64,000 nucleotides of DNA from Clostridia bacterium (GCA_051866635.1 JBJDXJ010000001.1:15765-79764); one strand, 5' to 3'. Shown: positions 1 through 9,530, counted from the first letter of the stretch. The notes: generated from the letters alone by a model not told the origin. Translations and numbers: made by a program.

Positions 1-2071
1 CGGTATTATGGTTTTTGTCTATGGCATATTCACCGCTGCTTGAAGCATCTACCGCTGTTGCGGTAGCTCTTACGGGTGAAATCTCGCTGTAAATATAATA
101 ATCTGTTTCATCATAAGGCTCTTTGGGGTTTAATATATCAAAGAGATAGTTTTCCGCTTCCTCTTTCAATTCTGTGCAGTCTGCACCATGCAGGACGCCT
201 GCCTGCTTCTCTACCGCCATAGTGGTCTCGTTTGTGTTAACCGAAACATTTATATAGTTATTTTTTTTGCTGTTTTTGCCTGCACAGCCGTTAAAGTTAA
301 TACCGCCTCCCCATGCGTCCTGACCTATGTTACACATAAGGTTTTCGCATATTGTGTAGCCCTCTGTCTGCTCGTCAAAATACATTGCCGCATATCCGTA
401 GTCAAACCATAACTTTCCTGTAACGCTATTTATGTAATTTCTTGCACATACACTGCCCGGCTGTTTGGAAAGCGTATATATCGCTCCGAAATCGCAAAGC
501 ACCTGACCTATATCATAAATTTTGTTTGCAAAAATTATATTGTTTTTCATGGCGTTGTCATCGCTTGACCAGCCAAAGCCAACGGAAATACCTGAATAAG
601 GTGCACTGTATATATCGTTATGTGCAATAACTATATGTTCGGGATAACCTGCAATAATACCTACAGCACCTTCATATTCCGTTCCTATATGGTGAACAGT
701 GTTATTTATAACATCAATATTTCTTGTTATTTCACTTTTGTCGGCAGGGTTGTATGCTATATGATATTCCGTTTCCTCGTCCTGTACAAATTTTGCAACA
801 GAGATACCGTTTGATGCAATATCATACACATTGTTTCCAAAAATCTGACTGTTTGTCACGCCAACATAATAGTCAAGTCCTACTGCTCCCATTTTTCTGA
901 AGGTACAGCCCTGTACAAGCAAATTGTCTGCATATACTGCAAAAAAGCCACTCGGTGGATGATAAGCCCATGTTTCATTGTCTAATGTTGTCTTTAGTGC
1001 GTACTGACACGCCTGTGCACCGACTAGGCCTTCTTCGCTCGGTCTTATCCATGTAGTACATTCAAATACGATATTTTCAAAAGTTATATTACTTGCCTTT
1101 TCCTCCTTTGTGCCTTCAATCTTCACAAGAGTTTCAAGGGTAGGTACTGTAAAAACAGCCTTTTCCATATCTGTACCTTCCGGTGCTTTAAAATAAATTG
1201 TACTGTCGGTTTTATCCAAATACCATTCAGTATCCTCGTCTATAAATTCATACGCATTTTCAAAATAGTAATAGCTTCTTGATGCATAGCCACGGGTGGT
1301 TCCGGTAATGTCGGGATGTGCACGGTTAAAAATACGTTCAGCTTCTGTGTCCTGAATTTTTACTGCAACTGCATCTGCAATACCTTCCTCACCGCCGTTG
1401 TCAACCGTTGTGTTAATAAAATTGTTATTTTCGTCATACTTCTTAAGCCTGAATACATTATCAACCCATGCGGTTAAAAGATGCAGTTCCACATCTTCAA
1501 AATTATTCCAATTTTCCACTTCATCACGGTAAAAATAGAACTCTTTATTGTTTCTGGAATTAAGTCCCAATTCGCATGTTCTGTCAAGGTTTGAGTAGCC
1601 GCCCTTATATGAAATGCTTCTGCTTCTTTTCGCTTTTTCGCCGTTAAAGTAAAGCTGGCGAGTGGTAAAACCTTCATCGACCTTAGCTTTATAAATATTT
1701 TTTTCACTATCGTGCATACTCCAGCCTGTAATAGTACGCTCACTTGTAACAACAGGCACTTCATCATTATAATTTGTCCATTTTGTGTTGCTGTCACGTT
1801 TGTCCAAAACTAAAGTTTCCGTAAGGTTATACTCTCCTCCACGAAGGACAATCTCAGTACTGCCAAGCCTGTTTCTTGCCGCTTCACGAGCCGCGGCAAG
1901 GGTTTTTAAAGGACTTTCAAGAGTACCGGAATTTTCATCCGAACCAATCGGAGAAACATAAATTTCAGTTGAATTATCATTCATTTCCTCCACCGCCTTT
2001 ACAGGAATAATATTAATGAACATTACTGCACTCAGAATAAATACTAACATTCTTTCAAAACTATTTTTCAT
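1..2071 (-). CDS. Secreted right-handed parallel beta-helix glycan-active protein (GH141-like), 3' part outside window
   Basis: Hand-translated from ATG 2071: signal peptide MKNSFERMLVFILSAVMF, then IYVSPIGSDENSGTLESPLKTLAAAREAAR...IVLRGGEY and YFENAYEFIDEDTEWYLDK, typical of beta-helix enzymes. Absent from the ORF track because the frame leaves the window. Confidence 0.75.
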   Translation of the reverse strand, partial: MKNSFERMLVFILSAVMFINIIPVKAVEEMNDNSTEIYVSPIGSDENSGTLESPLKTLAAAREAARNRLGSTEIVLRGGEYNLTETLVLDKRDSNTKWTNYNDEVPVVTSERTITGWSMHDSEKNIYKAKVDEGFTTRQLYFNGEKAKRSRSISYKGGYSNLDRTCELGLNSRNNKEFYFYRDEVENWNNFEDVELHLLTAWVDNVFRLKKYDENNNFINTTVDNGGEEGIADAVAVKIQDTEAERIFNRAHPDITGTTRGYASRSYYYFENAYEFIDEDTEWYLDKTDSTIYFKAPEGTDMEKAVFTVPTLETLVKIEGTKEEKASNITFENIVFECTTWIRPSEEGLVGAQACQYALKTTLDNETWAYHPPSGFFAVYADNLLVQGCTFRKMGAVGLDYYVGVTNSQIFGNNVYDIASNGISVAKFVQDEETEYHIAYNPADKSEITRNIDVINNTVHHIGTEYEGAVGIIAGYPEHIVIAHNDIYSAPYSGISVGFGWSSDDNAMKNNIIFANKIYDIGQVLCDFGAIYTLSKQPGSVCARNYINSVTGKLWFDYGYAAMYFDEQTEGYTICENLMCNIGQDAWGGGINFNGCAGKNSKKNNYINVSVNTNETTMAVEKQAGVLHGADCTELKEEAENYLFDILNPKEPYDETDYYIYSEISPVRATATAVDASSSGEYAIDKNHNT

Positions 2072-2121
2072 TTTCCCACCCCCTCTTCTGATTATATTAT
2101 TATATAATTTTATTGTAAACA

Positions 2122-2163
2122 TAAAAAAGCGACATCTTTTAATTCAAGGTGTCGCTTTTATTT
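2122..2163. terminator. Intrinsic terminator-like hairpin
   Basis: AAAAGCGACATCTT...AAGGTGTCGCTTTT with A/T tracts on both sides. Confidence 0.6.
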
Positions 2164-2204
2164 CAATTGCATCCAATCTCATTCTTATCATTTAAAGTAT
2201 CGTA

Positions 2205-2244
2205 TTGACATTTCTTGCATCAAACATTATAATGACACTGTGTC
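2205..2244 (+). promoter_or_regulatory. sigmaA promoter of the TetR gene with candidate operator
   Basis: TTGACA(2205)-17 bp-TATAAT(2228), followed directly by palindrome GACAC-T-GTGTC (2234-2244). Confidence 0.7.
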
Positions 2245-2304
2245 TAAATAGCAATAATAAGTTGTATTTCTAATAACGTGTTTATATATGTGAGGTGAAA
2301 GCCA

Positions 2305-2877
2305 ATGAAAGAAAACAGAAGAACAACTATGACCAAAACACTTTTGAAGGATAGTCTTCTTGAATTACTCAGGGATAAACCGCTTCCTAAAATAACTATT
2401 AAAGAAATATGCGAAAACGCAGACGTTAACCGTTCAACCTTTTATCTTCATTATCAGGATCCTTTCGCCCTTTGTGCGGAAATTGAAAACGACAGCATAG
2501 AAAAGATAAATACATGCCTTGCAAAAGTAAGTGTAAAAGACAATAGTGTGGAAGGGCTTAGTGAATTTTTGTCTTATATGAAAGCAAACGGTGAATTGTT
2601 TAAAATTCTTATGCGTCCCGATTTTAACAATTCATTCCGTGTCCGTTTTTCCGAAGTTGCCGTAAAAAGACTTACAGAGCTTGACTATCACGACAATTTA
2701 TCCGCTGAAGATAAGGATTACATTTTCCGATTTATGTTCATGGGTGCTTTAGGTATTATTGAAAAATGGGTTAAAAACGATTTTGACATTTCACCTGACA
2801 ATCTTGCGGCATTTATATTGTCACTTATGCCAAGCATAACAGAATCGATGCGTAAAAGAAAACAAATAATGTTATAA
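2305..2877 (+). CDS. TetR/AcrR family transcriptional regulator
   Basis: N-terminal HTH ITIKEICENADVNRSTFYLHY; RBS GAGGTG. Confidence 0.9.
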   Translation: MKENRRTTMTKTLLKDSLLELLRDKPLPKITIKEICENADVNRSTFYLHYQDPFALCAEIENDSIEKINTCLAKVSVKDNSVEGLSEFLSYMKANGELFKILMRPDFNNSFRVRFSEVAVKRLTELDYHDNLSAEDKDYIFRFMFMGALGIIEKWVKNDFDISPDNLAAFILSLMPSITESMRKRKQIML

Positions 2878-3110
2878 CAGGCCATAGATAAACTTGTTTT
2901 CATTCAATCGCGAAGGGTTCGGGAAAGAAGGTTTCCCGAATGAAATAGGCAGGGTAATCTTATTGCCCTGCCGAAAGTGGCGATTTTAGGGGGTTGTAGA
3001 CCCCTTGCACGAGAAATTGCCACTTTGTTCATTAGAAAAAATACAGACCTCAAAGTGCTGAAGGACGCAGTCCGCCTTTGAGGTCGCGTGTCGAAATGTC
3101 GACACGCTAA
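2878..3110 (+). repeat. Structured dispersed repeat (MITE-like element or ncRNA), copy 1
   Basis: About 85% identical (manual alignment) to the reverse complement of 39428-39645; 4-5 hairpins. Confidence 0.85.
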
Positions 3111-3145
3111 GACAAAACCTCGGATTTTCCGAGGTTTTGTCTTTA
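3108..3145. terminator. Bidirectional terminator
   Basis: AAGACAAAACCTCGGA-TTT-TCCGAGGTTTTGTCTT between convergent genes. Confidence 0.8.
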
Positions 3146-3244
3146 CTGGTTTTTATTATTCTGTTCGGGCTTTTGATTATTGCCCTTCTGCTGTGCCTGA
3201 GAGTTTTTCTGGTTGCTCTTTTTTTCGCTGTTTTTGTTACTCAA
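3143..3244 (-). CDS. 33-aa N/Q/K-rich peptide, candidate small spore protein
   Basis: MSNKNSEKKSNQKNSQAQQKGNNQKPEQNNKNQ; TTG start, RBS GGGGTGA, sigG-like promoter upstream, terminator downstream. Confidence 0.6.
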   Translation of the reverse strand: MSNKNSEKKSNQKNSQAQQKGNNQKPEQNNKNQ

Positions 3245-3284
3245 TTTAATCACCCCAAGTCTATTTTGCACATATGGGCGATTT

Positions 3285-3449
3285 TTATGCAATTGAATAT
3301 TCAAACATTTCGTAATGAAGTCTTGTTCCTATATCGGTTCCCAAAGGCAAAAGTGCCAATGCAATAAAAATTTCATTGCCCATTTCCAAATCTTCAAGGT
3401 AGGCATACTCACCTTCGATTTTTGTTACCACATAATCCTTCGGTTCCAT
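3285..3449 (-). CDS. 54-aa small protein translationally coupled to glmM (DUF3006-like)
   Basis: MEPKDYVVTKIEGEYAYLEDLEMGNEIFIALALLPLGTDIGTRLHYEMFEYSIA; TAATG overlap with the glmM stop. Confidence 0.75.
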   Translation of the reverse strand: MEPKDYVVTKIEGEYAYLEDLEMGNEIFIALALLPLGTDIGTRLHYEMFEYSIA

Positions 3450-4798
3450 TAAGACAATCTCTCCTCAATAAGCTTTGCCAATTCCTCAGCATCGCGGTCA
3501 ATTTCCTCTTGATTTTTGCCTTCAATCATAACTCTTACCAAAGGTTCTGTGCCTGAAGGACGGATTAAAACCCTGCCTTCGCCCGAAAACTTTTCTTCAA
3601 GTCTTTTAATGGCACACATAATAACTTCGTCTTCTGAATATGTATTGTCACCGCTTTTTGCAACTTTGGCATTTTTAAGAACCTGAGGGAAAATTTCGAT
3701 TATACCTGTAAGTTCAGAAAGCATCTTACCTTCTTCGCACATAACGGAAGCAAGGTTTACTGCACTTATCAAACCGTCACCTGTTGTATTGTGGTCAAGG
3801 AAAATAACGTGACCTGACTGCTCGCCTCCGATTGAATGACCGCTTTTCAGCATCTCTTCAAGGACATATCTGTCCCCCACCTTTGTCTTAAGAACATTTA
3901 TCTCATTCTTTTCACCCATAATGAAAAGGCCAAGGTTACTCATTATTGTTGCAACGAGTGTATTGTTCTTAAGTGTGCCTTTCTTTTTCATATTGTTGGC
4001 ACATATTGCCATAATGGCATCACCGTCTACAACATTTCCCTTTTCGTCAACTGCAAGCATTCTGTCTGCATCACCGTCAAACGCAAAACCTGCATCTGCA
4101 CCAAGCTCTACCACCTTTTTACAAAGGTTTTCCATATGTGTTGAACCGCAATTGTCATTTATGTTAATGCCATCAGGTGCATCGGAAATAACTTCTACCC
4201 TTGCACCCAAAGCTTCAAAGGCTTTCTTTGAGGTTTTATAAGATGCACCGTTTGCACAGTCAAGAACGAAGAATTTGCCGTCAAGTCTTTCTTTTGCAGT
4301 GCTTACCGCTTTTTCAATGTATTCTTCTATCTTTTCAGAATAATCATAAACACATCCCACATTTTCACCTACAGGTGCCGGAATACCGTCCTTTTCGCCA
4401 AGTATGTATGCTTCAATTTCGTTTTCAACATCGTCGGGAAGTTTATAACCTGTCTTGTCAAAAAATTTAATGCCGTTAAATTCAAAGCTGTTATGTGATG
4501 CACTTACAACAATACCTGCATCAAAGCCGTGCTTTTTTACAAGGTATGCCACAGCCGGAGTTGGTGCAACACCTAAAAGGTACACATCAGCACCAACGGA
4601 GGTAATGCCTGCAACCAAGGCCGACTCAAGCATTTGCCCTGAAATTCTCGTATCTCTGCCGATTAAGATTTTAACTTTATGTTCTGCGCCTCGGCTTAAC
4701 ACATAAGCCCCGCTTTTTCCTATTTTTGTAGCCAACTCGCTTGTGAGGTCCTTATTTGCTACCCCTCTAACGCCGTCTGTACCAAATAATCTTCCCAT
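3449..4798 (-). CDS. glmM: Phosphoglucosamine mutase
   Basis: LFGTDGVRG, VSASHN phosphoserine motif, FDGDADR, RPSGTEP. Confidence 0.97.
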   Translation of the reverse strand: MGRLFGTDGVRGVANKDLTSELATKIGKSGAYVLSRGAEHKVKILIGRDTRISGQMLESALVAGITSVGADVYLLGVAPTPAVAYLVKKHGFDAGIVVSASHNSFEFNGIKFFDKTGYKLPDDVENEIEAYILGEKDGIPAPVGENVGCVYDYSEKIEEYIEKAVSTAKERLDGKFFVLDCANGASYKTSKKAFEALGARVEVISDAPDGININDNCGSTHMENLCKKVVELGADAGFAFDGDADRMLAVDEKGNVVDGDAIMAICANNMKKKGTLKNNTLVATIMSNLGLFIMGEKNEINVLKTKVGDRYVLEEMLKSGHSIGGEQSGHVIFLDHNTTGDGLISAVNLASVMCEEGKMLSELTGIIEIFPQVLKNAKVAKSGDNTYSEDEVIMCAIKRLEEKFSGEGRVLIRPSGTEPLVRVMIEGKNQEEIDRDAEELAKLIEERLS

Positions 4799-4816
4799 AA
4801 AACCATCCTTCTTTAC

Positions 4817-6886
4817 TTAATTTTTCTTTGCGCCTAAAAAATATCCTCTTGTAAACTTCTTAGGAGTTACCGCCTCAGTCTTTCCTTTGTACATATCAAT
4901 AATATTTTTAACCCTTTCCTTATCTTCATCGGTAAAAACTAATCTTAAATATGAGGCACTTAAGTTCTTCAGCACATCAATCTTATCTGCCATAAAAGTA
5001 ACTGATGTATTATAAATCATATTTATATGCTCGTATTTATCGGAATATACCAAAAATTGAGCCCTCGTTTTGTCTGTAAGCTTAAGAGGTCTGTCACAGT
5101 CGCATTTACCACGTATACCCTTTATTATACAAGCACGGGTTGTCATCATCATCTGACGGCCATAGCATATTACTTCACATTTTTCATTTGTTCTCTCACA
5201 AATGCTTTTAATTTCGTCCTTATCAAGCTCAGGCGAAAGAGTAATATGTTTTATGCCCATTTTTCCATATTCATTGGCACTTATATAATTTGTAATATTA
5301 AGCCCATAATCACCTATACATTCAAATCCTTCGTCAATCAAAGCCTTAGCTATACCAACAGTTGATGCAGTAACCTTTTTCGCATTTGCCGCCTTAAGCC
5401 TTTTTAAATATGCGTTTATATCGTAAGTCACTTTAGGAAGAATAACAACATATTCTTCCTTTTTGTCGCTTTTTTCAAAAAGTTCAAGAGGCATGTATAT
5501 CAAATCTGCACCATTGGATGCAGAAAGCTGTTCTGAATTCATGACGCTTACGGATATTTTATATCCGTCCTTTTTATACTTACCAGTATTATAGTTAAAC
5601 TTATGCACTTCTCTGTATGCAATTTCCCGGCGAAGTTTACTCAGCTCTTCACCGCAGTCACGCCTTAAGGCGTTAATATCTTTTGCGGAAAGTGTCACTC
5701 CCCGGTCTATTTCGCAATAAAATTCCCTAAGATTATAAGGTGTCTGCCCCAGCTTTCCGATACGCTCCTTTGCACTTTGGGCATCAAGAGGTTTATTCAG
5801 TGCCTTTTCGGAAGTAGGACCGTATGCCACTGCAGTATGTTCACCGTCTGTAAATGTAAGGCAGGCAGGCTCGTCCTTCTTTAAAGAAAAGAAGGCGTCA
5901 ATATCTATCTTTTTATTCTCAACACCGTCACGGTAACTTTGAGACGCTCTTTTTACAACATCTTTATCGCTTTTGTTTGAAATATTGTCATTTGACAATT
6001 TATAATTCATCATTTCAGGCGTATTGACGTTTGCAAAATACGCCTTTGTAAAACCGTCACCACGAACGAATATTTTTTTCAGTTCTTCAATATCTTCACT
6101 TGATACACGTTTTGGATTGTCAAGATACTTTCTGTAAATGCCAGTAACTGTTGCAACGTATTCAGGGCTTTTCATTCTGCCCTCAATCTTCAGTGAGTCA
6201 ACACCAATTTCCTCCAAGGACTTAATTTCCTCCAAAAGGCACAAGTCTCTTGGGCTTAAAAAATATCCTTTTTTACCTTCTGCAAAATACTCCTGTCTGC
6301 AGGGTTGGGCACATCTGCCCCTATTTCCGCTTCTGCCGCCGATAAAAGAGGAAAAAAGACACTGACCCGACACACCTACACACAAAGCACCGTGGACAAA
6401 AACCTCAAGGGAAGCCTTTGTGTTTTTATAAATTTTTGCAATTTCATCTTTTTGTAATTCTCGTGCAAGAACAACTCTTGAAAATCCCCTTTCCAAAAGT
6501 GCAACAACGTCCTTTTCGTTATGGGCACTCATCTGTGTGCTTGCGTGAATGGGCATTTTCGGGCAAACAGATTTTGCAATTTCAGCCCCGCCAAAGTCCT
6601 GAATTATAAGGGCATCAACGCCACAATTTAAAGAAGTTTCCACACTTTTCTCAAACAAAGAGATTTCATTATTTTTCAAAAGGGTATTCAGTGCTAAAAA
6701 CACCTTCACTCCCCGTTCGTGGGCATATGCCACAGCATCCTTTAAATCATCATCGAAAAAATTTTCTGCACTTTTTCTTGCGCTGAAATTTTTCTCGCCC
6801 AGATAAACTGCATCGGCACCGTTTTGTACAGCGGCACGCAAGGCTTCAAAGCCTCCTGCCGGAGACAAAAGTTCAATTTCTCTCAT
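4817..6886 (-). CDS. Long U32 peptidase-family protein (RlhA-like RNA hydroxylation protein)
   Basis: ELLSPAG, GADAVYLG, HASTQM, HGALC...GQC...RGRCAQPCR, KIEGRMK. Confidence 0.9.
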   Translation of the reverse strand: MREIELLSPAGGFEALRAAVQNGADAVYLGEKNFSARKSAENFFDDDLKDAVAYAHERGVKVFLALNTLLKNNEISLFEKSVETSLNCGVDALIIQDFGGAEIAKSVCPKMPIHASTQMSAHNEKDVVALLERGFSRVVLARELQKDEIAKIYKNTKASLEVFVHGALCVGVSGQCLFSSFIGGRSGNRGRCAQPCRQEYFAEGKKGYFLSPRDLCLLEEIKSLEEIGVDSLKIEGRMKSPEYVATVTGIYRKYLDNPKRVSSEDIEELKKIFVRGDGFTKAYFANVNTPEMMNYKLSNDNISNKSDKDVVKRASQSYRDGVENKKIDIDAFFSLKKDEPACLTFTDGEHTAVAYGPTSEKALNKPLDAQSAKERIGKLGQTPYNLREFYCEIDRGVTLSAKDINALRRDCGEELSKLRREIAYREVHKFNYNTGKYKKDGYKISVSVMNSEQLSASNGADLIYMPLELFEKSDKKEEYVVILPKVTYDINAYLKRLKAANAKKVTASTVGIAKALIDEGFECIGDYGLNITNYISANEYGKMGIKHITLSPELDKDEIKSICERTNEKCEVICYGRQMMMTTRACIIKGIRGKCDCDRPLKLTDKTRAQFLVYSDKYEHINMIYNTSVTFMADKIDVLKNLSASYLRLVFTDEDKERVKNIIDMYKGKTEAVTPKKFTRGYFLGAKKN

Positions 6887-7278
6887 TATCGTGTATTCCT
6901 CTTAAACTGCTTAAGCTCTGTGTCCAATCTTGCATTGTGAAGCTGAAGATTTCTGTTTTCTTCCATAAGACGCTTATTTTCTGCTTTAAGTTTCTGATTT
7001 TCGCTCTTTAAGCTACCTGCCTCATCAGCATAGCTTAAAAGCTGACCTCGAAGTGTTTCGCAATCTTCCCGTACACGGAAATAATCATCGGCAACATTAA
7101 CGGCTGTAAGTACTGCTGCCATAGCTGTGGAAAGCCTTTTATCAGCTTTTGACAACTCTTCAAGTTTTTTGTCAACATAATATGCAATATGTCTTACATA
7201 TTCCTCCTCTGCGGTAGAGGATATTATATATTCAACACCGCCGATTTTAACCTTTGTTGTAATTCGCTATTCATCCAT
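6886..7278 (-). pseudogene. zapA: Cell division protein ZapA interrupted by an in-frame TAG at codon 4
   Basis: RBS AGGAGG then ATG GAT GAA TAG CGA ATT ACA ACA AAG GTT AAA ATC GGC GGT, i.e. MDE*RITTKVKIGGVEY...YVDKKL...AAVLTAVNVADDY plus coiled coil; in frame with track ORF 6886-7155. Confidence 0.75.
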
Positions 7279-8104
7279 TGTAGTTACCTCCTAAATCTTC
7301 TGCAATCGGTTTCTCATGCCTTTTTCTGTACATATACAAAAATATGGCTAATGATATAACCGTCATCATAAGCCCTATGACAAACAGCGTCACAAGGTCA
7401 TCATCACTTCGTATTTCCAAAATCACACTGCAATTAAAGAAAATATGACCTAAGCTTACAATGGCAATGTTTTTTGTCTTATGGTATAAAACGCCTAAAA
7501 TAACACCGTACACAACAGCAAAAACTGCCTGAGTCAGAACACCGTGGGCTATGCCGAAAAATATTGCCTGCAACACAATTGCCACATATGCGTTCATCAC
7601 ATTACTAAATTCACGTAAAACTAAACCACGGAATAGTATTTCCTCAAATATGGGGCCAACTATGCAGATAGACAGCATAAGTGCCAACATCATAGGCATA
7701 GTCATTGTGGTAAAGTCCTGATTCAATGCCTCCGCATCTTCCAAGGATTTCGACAAAACAGGAACAGTTTCTGCCCACCTTAAGTAAACACCTGTCAGAA
7801 TTCTGAAGCCTATAGCGAGCGAAAACGCCACCGCTACATCCAACAGTGCAACACGTCTTACTTTTATAACCTTGTTAAACTTCTGGTCCCGTAAGTACAT
7901 TATAACGGCATATATTCCCAAGGAAAAAAGTGCTGCAACAAGTGTTACAAAGCCGCTGTAATTTACCCCGTCACCCTCCAGATACTCCGCTTCTATAAAA
8001 AGGCAGGACTGTGCAATAAGATATATTGCTATGTAAAGTAACCCGAAGGTTACTCCTTTAATTTTTAGGGCTATTTTTTCTTTCAATGCACTACTCCCTT
8101 TCAT
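7271..8104 (-). CDS. CPBP/CAAX intramembrane glutamic protease
   Basis: EEILFRG, FGIAH and HIFFN motifs; multiple TM segments. Confidence 0.92.
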   Translation of the reverse strand: MKGSSALKEKIALKIKGVTFGLLYIAIYLIAQSCLFIEAEYLEGDGVNYSGFVTLVAALFSLGIYAVIMYLRDQKFNKVIKVRRVALLDVAVAFSLAIGFRILTGVYLRWAETVPVLSKSLEDAEALNQDFTTMTMPMMLALMLSICIVGPIFEEILFRGLVLREFSNVMNAYVAIVLQAIFFGIAHGVLTQAVFAVVYGVILGVLYHKTKNIAIVSLGHIFFNCSVILEIRSDDDLVTLFVIGLMMTVISLAIFLYMYRKRHEKPIAEDLGGNYNG

Positions 8105-9036
8105 TAAAAGCCTATATCCCTGAGCTGACCTTTCATTATCTCCGCACTTTTTTCAAGGCCTTCCTTTTCCTCCTTTGAGAGGGGCAGTTCAATGACCTTT
8201 CCTGCACCCATGCCGCCCACTATTGTGGGGATAGAAATTGCAACATCATTTAAAGAGTATTCGCCTTCCATAACCTTTGACACTGTCAATACAGACTTTT
8301 CATCACCTGTTATTGCTTCGCAAATTCTTGAAACAGCCAACGCAATTGCATAGTATGTTGCACCCTTTTTGTCAATTACATCATAGGCAGCTTCCCTTAC
8401 CTTTTGGGGTATTTCATAAATGTCAACACATTCATGTGTTTTTGCAAACTCCTCAATCCTAAGACCTGCAATGCTTGTTGCACTCCATACAGGCACAGAG
8501 CTGTCGCCGTGTTCGCCTATAACATAGGTATGGATATTTCTCATATCTATATCGGCACATTTACCTAAAAGATATTTCATTCTTGATGTATCAAGAACAG
8601 TACCTGAACCGAAAACTCTGCTCTTGTCATAGCCAAGCATCTTCCATGTCATATAAGTTAATACGTCAACAGGGTTTGATACCACCATAACCAAGGGTTC
8701 GCCCTTTGCATTTTCCTTAATTTTATCGGTAATGCTTTTAAATACAACGGCGTTCCTCTCTAAAAGCTCACGCCTTGTTTCGCCCTTTTTCTGACCCACA
8801 CCTGCAGTAATAACAATCATGTCTGCATCCTTGCATAAGTCATAACCGCCCGAGGTAATGCTTACCGGTTTTACAAAGCTCACGCCATGGCTTATATCTG
8901 CCGCATCACCTTCAGCCTTGTCAACGTCAATATCAATTAACCCGATATCGTCAAAAATACCTTTTGCCGCCAATGTATATGCAATGGTACTGCCTACAAA
9001 ACCGCTTCCTATTACAACAGCTTTCTCTCTTTTCAT
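8104..9036 (-). CDS. ldh: L-lactate dehydrogenase
   Basis: GSGFVG, ITAGVGQKKGETR, SNPVD, SGTVLDTSR, GEHGDS. Confidence 0.95.
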   Translation of the reverse strand: MKREKAVVIGSGFVGSTIAYTLAAKGIFDDIGLIDIDVDKAEGDAADISHGVSFVKPVSITSGGYDLCKDADMIVITAGVGQKKGETRRELLERNAVVFKSITDKIKENAKGEPLVMVVSNPVDVLTYMTWKMLGYDKSRVFGSGTVLDTSRMKYLLGKCADIDMRNIHTYVIGEHGDSSVPVWSATSIAGLRIEEFAKTHECVDIYEIPQKVREAAYDVIDKKGATYYAIALAVSRICEAITGDEKSVLTVSKVMEGEYSLNDVAISIPTIVGGMGAGKVIELPLSKEEKEGLEKSAEIMKGQLRDIGF

Positions 9037-9173
9037 TTATACTCCACCCTTCCAATACATTTTTATATTGCTTTATAAAAAGTTTCTAACATACAACCAT
9101 ACTATTTTATTGTAGCACACCTACTTTCTTTTTTCAACCAATTATTGTGTTTTTCCCGTAAAAAATGAATCTT

Positions 9174-9530
9174 TCATCTTTTCATCTTTGGCTTAGATAC
9201 TAAAGCCGCCAGAAGTGCAAAAACTATTACCGCACCAAGTCCCCCTGCCGCCGCAGTTAACTGTCCTGTCAGAAGACCTAAAATCCCGTTATCCTCAATG
9301 CCTTGTTTCACACCGGTGAAAAGGTTATGACCAAAGCCTGTAAGTGGCACGGTTGCACCGGCACCTGCTATTTCAACCAAATAGTCATACACACCAATAA
9401 GTGACAAAAACACCCCTGCACACACGAATCCTGTAAGTATCCTCGCAGGGGTAAGTTTTGTTTTGTCAATTAAAATCTGCCCTATAGCACAGATTCCGCC
9501 ACCAATTAAAAATGCCCATAAATAATCCAT
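9174..9530 (-). CDS. spoVAE: Stage V sporulation protein AE
   Basis: MDYLWAFLIGGGICAIGQILIDKTKLTPARIL...GAGATVPLTGFG; RBS AGGAGG. Confidence 0.93.
   Translation of the reverse strand: MDYLWAFLIGGGICAIGQILIDKTKLTPARILTGFVCAGVFLSLIGVYDYLVEIAGAGATVPLTGFGHNLFTGVKQGIEDNGILGLLTGQLTAAAGGLGAVIVFALLAALVSKPKMKR

Noticed and set aside
188-1797. Short ORF-track calls at 188-1797
   Set aside because: They overlap the long minus-strand beta-helix CDS that runs out of the window
3137-3367. 76-aa hydrophobic + strand ORF
   Set aside because: Antisense to two better-supported small genes, starts inside a terminator, and has no RBS
7267-7269. Genome-wide TAG recoding
   Set aside because: TAG terminates uvrB and other full-length genes normally
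9060-9100. Rex operator upstream of ldh
   Set aside because: Only a weak partial match to TTGTKAA-N4-TTMACAA
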